From Candidatus Bathyarchaeia archaeon (GTDB lineage: Archaea; Thermoproteota; Bathyarchaeia; Bathyarchaeales; Bathycorpusculaceae): DNA of 10,191 nucleotides. The stretch covers positions 1-10,191 of the forward strand of contig JBEKGO010000052.1 of assembly GCA_050012755.1 (NCBI GenBank), in the 5' to 3' direction. Of the stretch, positions 6,231-10,191 are shown piece after piece. A program made the translations under genes and the position numbers. The first letter of the stretch is position 1. Each line of letters begins with the position of its first letter. The notes beneath the pieces are model-generated. The model saw only the letters and a list, made by a program, of their open reading frames with translations, ran no database searches and had not been told where the DNA came from.

Positions 6231-6692
6231 ATGCCTATACCACAAGCCCTAGTTTCAAGATACTTCCAACTCATAGTCAGCAGACAATTTACTGAAGCTG
6301 AACGAGAGCTGGAAAGAATCAAACAGAAAATGCAGAAAAACGATTGGAACAGAGGATACTTCCGAGCTTTATACGGAATGTACCTTTCACGCAAAAACAA
6401 CAACGACGAATATGCATTCTTTACAAAACTTGATTTAAGCGACAAAGTAAATTTGCACGCTTACAGGAAAGAGTTTCTTGATCACATGCGCAACGGTTTG
6501 CACGGAGACTTTGACCGCGGATACTTCTCAGCATGGGCAGACTGCATGCGAATTCTAACACGTATGGACATTGCACCCTCACAAAACGGCATCGGCAAAG
6601 CGGAAAATGGAGAAGAAAAAATAGAAACCGTAAAAAGTGACAAGAGCCAAGCTACAATCGCCAATTTTTTTCAGAAAAACGAAAATGAATAA
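6231..6692 (+). CDS. Hypothetical helical protein with two RGYF repeats and a C-terminal PIP box
   Basis: Starts 2 nt after the radA stop; DWNRGYFRAL and DFDRGYFSAW repeats; polar linker; QATIANFF at residues 140-147. Confidence 0.85.
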   Translation: MPIPQALVSRYFQLIVSRQFTEAERELERIKQKMQKNDWNRGYFRALYGMYLSRKNNNDEYAFFTKLDLSDKVNLHAYRKEFLDHMRNGLHGDFDRGYFSAWADCMRILTRMDIAPSQNGIGKAENGEEKIETVKSDKSQATIANFFQKNENE

Positions 6693-6699
6693 ATTAATT

Positions 6700-6993
6700 T
6701 TAAGTTAAGGCTATTATTGCTGTGTAGAACAGCACAAAGAATGATAACCAAGCGAAAAAGTACATCATTACAGCCGTACTCAATATTTTTCCTTGTTGCT
6801 CGATCTTGTTTTTGAATGACGCTTTCAAAATGTAGTATGTTACTAAGTAGAGTATTAGGGCTATTGTAAAACCGTTAACTAAAGAGGTAATGTCGTTTGG
6901 ATTTTTTAGTAGGAAAACAATGACAGCGCTTATTGCTCCTGAGATTACGCCTAAGACGACTCTTATCCAGTAAAGCTGAGTTATAGGTGTCAT
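6700..6993 (-). CDS. Three-TM membrane protein, EMC6-like
   Basis: Three hydrophobic segments; YWIRVVLGVISGAISA and YFFAWLSFFVLFY resemble EMC6 TM1 and TM3 as recalled from memory. CDS well supported, family call moderate. Confidence 0.7.
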   Translation of the reverse strand: MTPITQLYWIRVVLGVISGAISAVIVFLLKNPNDITSLVNGFTIALILYLVTYYILKASFKNKIEQQGKILSTAVMMYFFAWLSFFVLFYTAIIALT

Positions 6994-7120
6994 GTCGACT
7001 CTAATCCTTCGGGTGAGTATATTTTGTTCTTACTTAAAAAAGATGTCTAGATATTAATCGTTTCTGCTTCCAAAAATCCTCTGCCTTTTGAATTTTCACG
7101 TTTTTTTAGTGAAAGGGTTA

Positions 7121-7127
7121 TTTTATA
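7121..7127 (+). promoter_or_regulatory. TATA box of rqcH (TTTTATA)
   Basis: About 30 nt upstream of ATG 7157 with purine-rich GAAAGGG upstream. Confidence 0.5.
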
Positions 7128-7156
7128 GTCAAGTTTCATATAGATTCCAATAGTTG

Positions 7157-9220
7157 ATGCAAGCCTTGCGTAAAAAAGAGTTCACTAGCTTTGATATTGC
7201 TGCAGCAATCCAAGAATTAAAAGGTTTAATAGCTAATTCCAGAGTGAACAACATCTATCAACTTGACGAAAAAACCTTAATCTTCAAACTGCACAAAACA
7301 GACACACCGCCGATTCGACTAGTGATGGAAGCGGGAAGAAGATTACACGCTACCAGTTACGCTGAAGAAAATCCATCTGAGCCACCAGCATTCTGCATGG
7401 CACTAAGAAAATATTTACGTGATGCATGGGTAGTTGGTATTGACCAGCATGAATTTGAAAGAATCGCAACAGTTAGCTTTCGGACCAAAACTGGTTTGTT
7501 AAAGTTGGTTGTAGAGCTTTTCGGCGAAGGCAACATCATACTAACAAACGAACAAAATGTGATCATTCACGCTATAGCCTTCAAAAAAATGCGTGACCGC
7601 GACATCCTCCGCAACATAGTTCTTCAGCTTCCGCCTCCAAGCGGCAAAAACCCCTTTAAAGTAACCCAGAATGAGCTGGAAGAAGCCACCAAAAATGCAG
7701 GCGAAACTGAGGTAGTTCGGTTAATAGCACGTTTTTTGGGTGTGGGTGGAGTTTACGCTGAAGAAATCCTTCTTAGAGCCAACGTAGAAAAAACTAAACA
7801 TGACAACATCCTGACAAAGGTTGAAGTCGAGGTTATTTTTGGGGCGCTTCAAGAGTTGCTTTCATCTATTTCAAGCATGCATTTGGAGCCATGCATTGTT
7901 CTGGGCGAAGATGGTGATTTCTTGGATGTTGTTCCGCTTAAACTTAAGCGTTACGAAGGGTGCAAAACGCAGGTCTATGAATCTTTTAATCGAGCTTTAG
8001 ACGAATTTTACCTAAGAGTTACTGTGGCAGAAAGGGCTATTGACCATGTTGAAGTTGACAAATTAAAGAAAGAAGCCGAACGGCTAAGACGCCTTGTTGC
8101 TGACCAAGAGAAATTCGTCAATGAAGACGTAGCTAAAGCAGAGCGTGACAAACTAATCGGCGACACTATATACGCTCACTACAGTGAACTCCAAACATTC
8201 CAAGACCAACTTTTGAAAGCCAACCAACAAGGCAAAGACTGGAACACCATAATCACGGAGGCTTTAACTGCCAAGAAAACGGGCAAAAAACCGGGAGCAT
8301 ACTTTGAATCATTCGACGGCAAAAACCTCGCGTTGAACCTTTGCATGGACAACTTTCATTTTAGCTTCACATTAAGAAATTCACTTTTCGACAATGCAGC
8401 CGAATATTATGATCGAGGCAAAAAAGCAAAACAAAAATCTGAAGGCGCATTAAGCGCCCTTGAGGACTCAAAGAAAAAATTAGCTAAAATCGAGAAAGAG
8501 CTAAGCGATGCTGAAACGTTGAAAAATCTTAAGCCAGCGGAAATTATGGAAGCTCTCTCTAAACGTAAGGTAGAGATGGAGAATAAAGAGTGGTTTGAAA
8601 AATTCCATTGGTTTACCTCTTCTGACTGTTTCTTGGTGGTTGCTGGCAAAGACACTGTGAGCAACGAAGTACTTATTAAAAAATACGTTACACAAGAGGA
8701 TGTGGTTTTTCACGCTGAAATCTCAGGCGCACCCTTCGTGGTTGTTAAAGCTGAAGGAAAAACGATAAGTGAACAAACTCTTCATGAAGCTGGCGAGTTC
8801 GCTGCATCTTTCTCGCGGGCTTGGCGTGAAAATGCTGGTTCAGCCGATGTTTACTGGGTTAGAGTTGATCAGTTAAGCAAGAGTGGTCCTTCGGGCGAAT
8901 CTGTTCCTCATGGTGCTTTTGCTGTTGTCGGCAAACGGAATTGGACAAGAAATGTGCCGCTTAAAACGGCAGTTGGCATAATTGTCAATGAAGAAACAAG
9001 CTATGTCGGCGGACCCGTGGATGCGGTGAAAGCAAAAACTAAAGCATACGTTGTTTTAGCGCCGGGCGATACCCAAGGTAAAGACCTTTTGAAGCAAATT
9101 CTCAAATCATTAATGCTAAAGCTACCAAAAGAGCAACGAGAAAAAGCTGGAAAAACATCAATTGAACAAATCAGAGAGTTTGTACCCTACACGAAAGGCA
9201 CCATCGCTAAATCAAACTAA
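7157..9220 (+). CDS. rqcH: Ribosome quality control factor RqcH (Rqc2/NEMF, NFACT family)
   Basis: NFACT-N (VNNIYQ, FCMALRKYL, FERI, ELFGEGNIIL), HhH GVGGVYAEE, coiled coils, NAAEYYDRGKKAKQK, NFACT-R (WFEKFHWF, AGKD..NEVLIKKY, FHAEISGAP), SGESVPHGAF. Confidence 0.93.
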   Translation: MQALRKKEFTSFDIAAAIQELKGLIANSRVNNIYQLDEKTLIFKLHKTDTPPIRLVMEAGRRLHATSYAEENPSEPPAFCMALRKYLRDAWVVGIDQHEFERIATVSFRTKTGLLKLVVELFGEGNIILTNEQNVIIHAIAFKKMRDRDILRNIVLQLPPPSGKNPFKVTQNELEEATKNAGETEVVRLIARFLGVGGVYAEEILLRANVEKTKHDNILTKVEVEVIFGALQELLSSISSMHLEPCIVLGEDGDFLDVVPLKLKRYEGCKTQVYESFNRALDEFYLRVTVAERAIDHVEVDKLKKEAERLRRLVADQEKFVNEDVAKAERDKLIGDTIYAHYSELQTFQDQLLKANQQGKDWNTIITEALTAKKTGKKPGAYFESFDGKNLALNLCMDNFHFSFTLRNSLFDNAAEYYDRGKKAKQKSEGALSALEDSKKKLAKIEKELSDAETLKNLKPAEIMEALSKRKVEMENKEWFEKFHWFTSSDCFLVVAGKDTVSNEVLIKKYVTQEDVVFHAEISGAPFVVVKAEGKTISEQTLHEAGEFAASFSRAWRENAGSADVYWVRVDQLSKSGPSGESVPHGAFAVVGKRNWTRNVPLKTAVGIIVNEETSYVGGPVDAVKAKTKAYVVLAPGDTQGKDLLKQILKSLMLKLPKEQREKAGKTSIEQIREFVPYTKGTIAKSN

Positions 9221-9228
9221 TATGAACT

Positions 9229-9246
9229 AAAAAGAAAACAAAAAAT
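9229..9246 (-). terminator. U-rich terminator for the minus-strand AOR/Fe-S unit
   Basis: Plus-strand AAAAAGAAAACAAAAAAA-type A run, i.e. oligo-T on the minus strand, about 40 nt past the Fe-S gene stop. Confidence 0.45.
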
Positions 9247-9287
9247 TAAGAACCGGCTCTAAGAAGAGCGCTATTGTGTGTTGTTAT

Positions 9288-9800
9288 CTATTTTGATTTG
9301 GCTTCGGCGTCTGCCGTTTGGAACAAATTCTTAACTGCTTTCTGCCGGTACTTTTGTGATAGTGTTTCTGCGGTAACATATGTTAATGCTTCTTCTGGGC
9401 ACCACTTGACGCATTGCGGCTCCTTTGTTTCGGTGTCTGTGCAGCTGTTGCAGGTAAATACGATTTTCTTTTCTGGATGCATGTTCATGGCACCGAATTG
9501 GCATGCGCTGATGCACCATCCGCAGCCGTTGCAAGCGTTCTCGTCAACGCGGATTATGCCAGTGTTCTCTTCCTGTGTGAGTGCGTCTCTTGGGCACGCG
9601 GCTACGCATGCTGGTTCTTCGCAGTGCCTGCAGGTAACTGCAAGGTTCACTAGTGGTCCCATACGCATAGCACGAATTCGTGATTTCGTTGGATTGAAGG
9701 TTTTCTCGTTAACCATGCTGCAAGCATACTCGCAGGTACAGCAGCCGATGCATTTGTCTGGGTCTGCTGTTACGAATTTTCTGTCTTGTGGTCGCACCAT
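9288..9800 (-). CDS. 4x[4Fe-4S] electron-transfer protein (DmsB/HydN-type), probable AOR small subunit
   Basis: CIGCCTCEYAC, CRHCEEPACVAACP, CNGCGWCISAC, CNSC..PQCVKWCP; AAGGAGG upstream inside the AOR 3' end; 2-nt gap to the AOR stop. Confidence 0.92.
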   Translation of the reverse strand: MVRPQDRKFVTADPDKCIGCCTCEYACSMVNEKTFNPTKSRIRAMRMGPLVNLAVTCRHCEEPACVAACPRDALTQEENTGIIRVDENACNGCGWCISACQFGAMNMHPEKKIVFTCNSCTDTETKEPQCVKWCPEEALTYVTAETLSQKYRQKAVKNLFQTADAEAKSK

Positions 9801-9802
9801 TT

Positions 9803-10191
9803 CTATGCGCCTCCTTTGGTTGTTTTCTCAGCAATATACGCTAAGTCGCCAAGACCTAGCGCGTTAAGCTTCTCAGTTGTGGGCACTCCGTCAGCAGTCC
9901 AGCCTCTGACAGAGTAGTAATCGTCTAAGCCTATTCCCATTTCTTCATCGTTGACGCAGGCGCCTTTGGCTGGTCCCTCATCTGGCACTGGATAATTCTT
10001 TATCTTGTACGGTACATCATCGTATTTGCGTGTGCCTTTGCCTTCTCGGATGTTGAAGAGCCTTGCGATGTTCTCTATGCGTTCGCCGTCTTTGGTCATT
10101 TCTTCTGGAGTCATAGGTAGTCCTGTGGCTAATGTGTAATAGTTTGCCAAGTCCTTCCAACCGTCGTAGTATGTGCCTCTGCTGAACTTGC
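9803..10191 (-). CDS. Aldehyde:ferredoxin oxidoreductase (tungsten AOR family), C-terminal part, truncated by the window edge
   Basis: Frame is open to the edge (KFSRGTYYDGWKDLANYYTLATG...); GERIENIARLFNIREG, DDVP and DDYYSVRGWTADGVPTTEKLNALGL are typical AOR C-terminal motifs. Confidence 0.9.
   Translation of the reverse strand, partial: KFSRGTYYDGWKDLANYYTLATGLPMTPEEMTKDGERIENIARLFNIREGKGTRKYDDVPYKIKNYPVPDEGPAKGACVNDEEMGIGLDDYYSVRGWTADGVPTTEKLNALGLGDLAYIAEKTTKGGA

Noticed and set aside
6288-6299. FTEA in the radA-linked protein as a BRC-like FxxA RadA-binding motif
   Set aside because: Four-residue match is expected by chance and lies in an apparently helical segment.
7126-7137. TAGTCAAGTTTC next to the rqcH TATA as another copy of the 4875-4931 operator
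   Set aside because: Half-site only; the TTGAC arm is missing.
5316-8713. Antisense ORFs inside radA, the PIP-box gene and rqcH
   Set aside because: Shadows of well-supported plus-strand genes.
9274-9867. 197-aa plus-strand ORF and nested ORFs 9331-9534 and 9414-9653
   Set aside because: Antisense or off-frame to the Fe-S gene, which has unambiguous cluster motifs.
1-10191. CRISPR array, IS element, tRNA/rRNA, RadA intein, selenocysteine in MsrB
   Set aside because: None seen: no repeat-spacer series, transposase or cloverleaf; RadA is of normal length; MsrB has a standard catalytic Cys and no in-frame TGA.

Overview
Gene-dense, AT-rich archaeal DNA; gene content and style suggest a TACK archaeon such as Bathyarchaeia (inference, no search run). 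Left to right: the probable start of a minus-strand CDS running off the left edge; an unannotated ~39-aa CxxC..CxxC microprotein (-); a plus-strand run of a small Cys/His protein, an LsrF-type thiolase/aldolase, a Zn-dependent dehydrogenase and an FbiB-C/FbiE-like nitroreductase; an unannotated cupin (-) without a canonical start codon; msrB (-); a PRC-barrel protein; a short membrane-anchored protein (-) preceded by tandem palindromes; radA, followed 2 nt later by an unknown protein with a C-terminal PIP box; an EMC6-like membrane protein (-); rqcH/NEMF; and the 3' end of an aldehyde:ferredoxin oxidoreductase gene plus its 4x[4Fe-4S] partner (-). No RNA genes, CRISPR arrays or mobile elements were recognised. 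Best candidates for new biology: the RadA-linked PIP-box protein, two genes that appear to start at ATA, a stand-alone FbiE-like reductase, and the lsrF-like cluster without lsr context.
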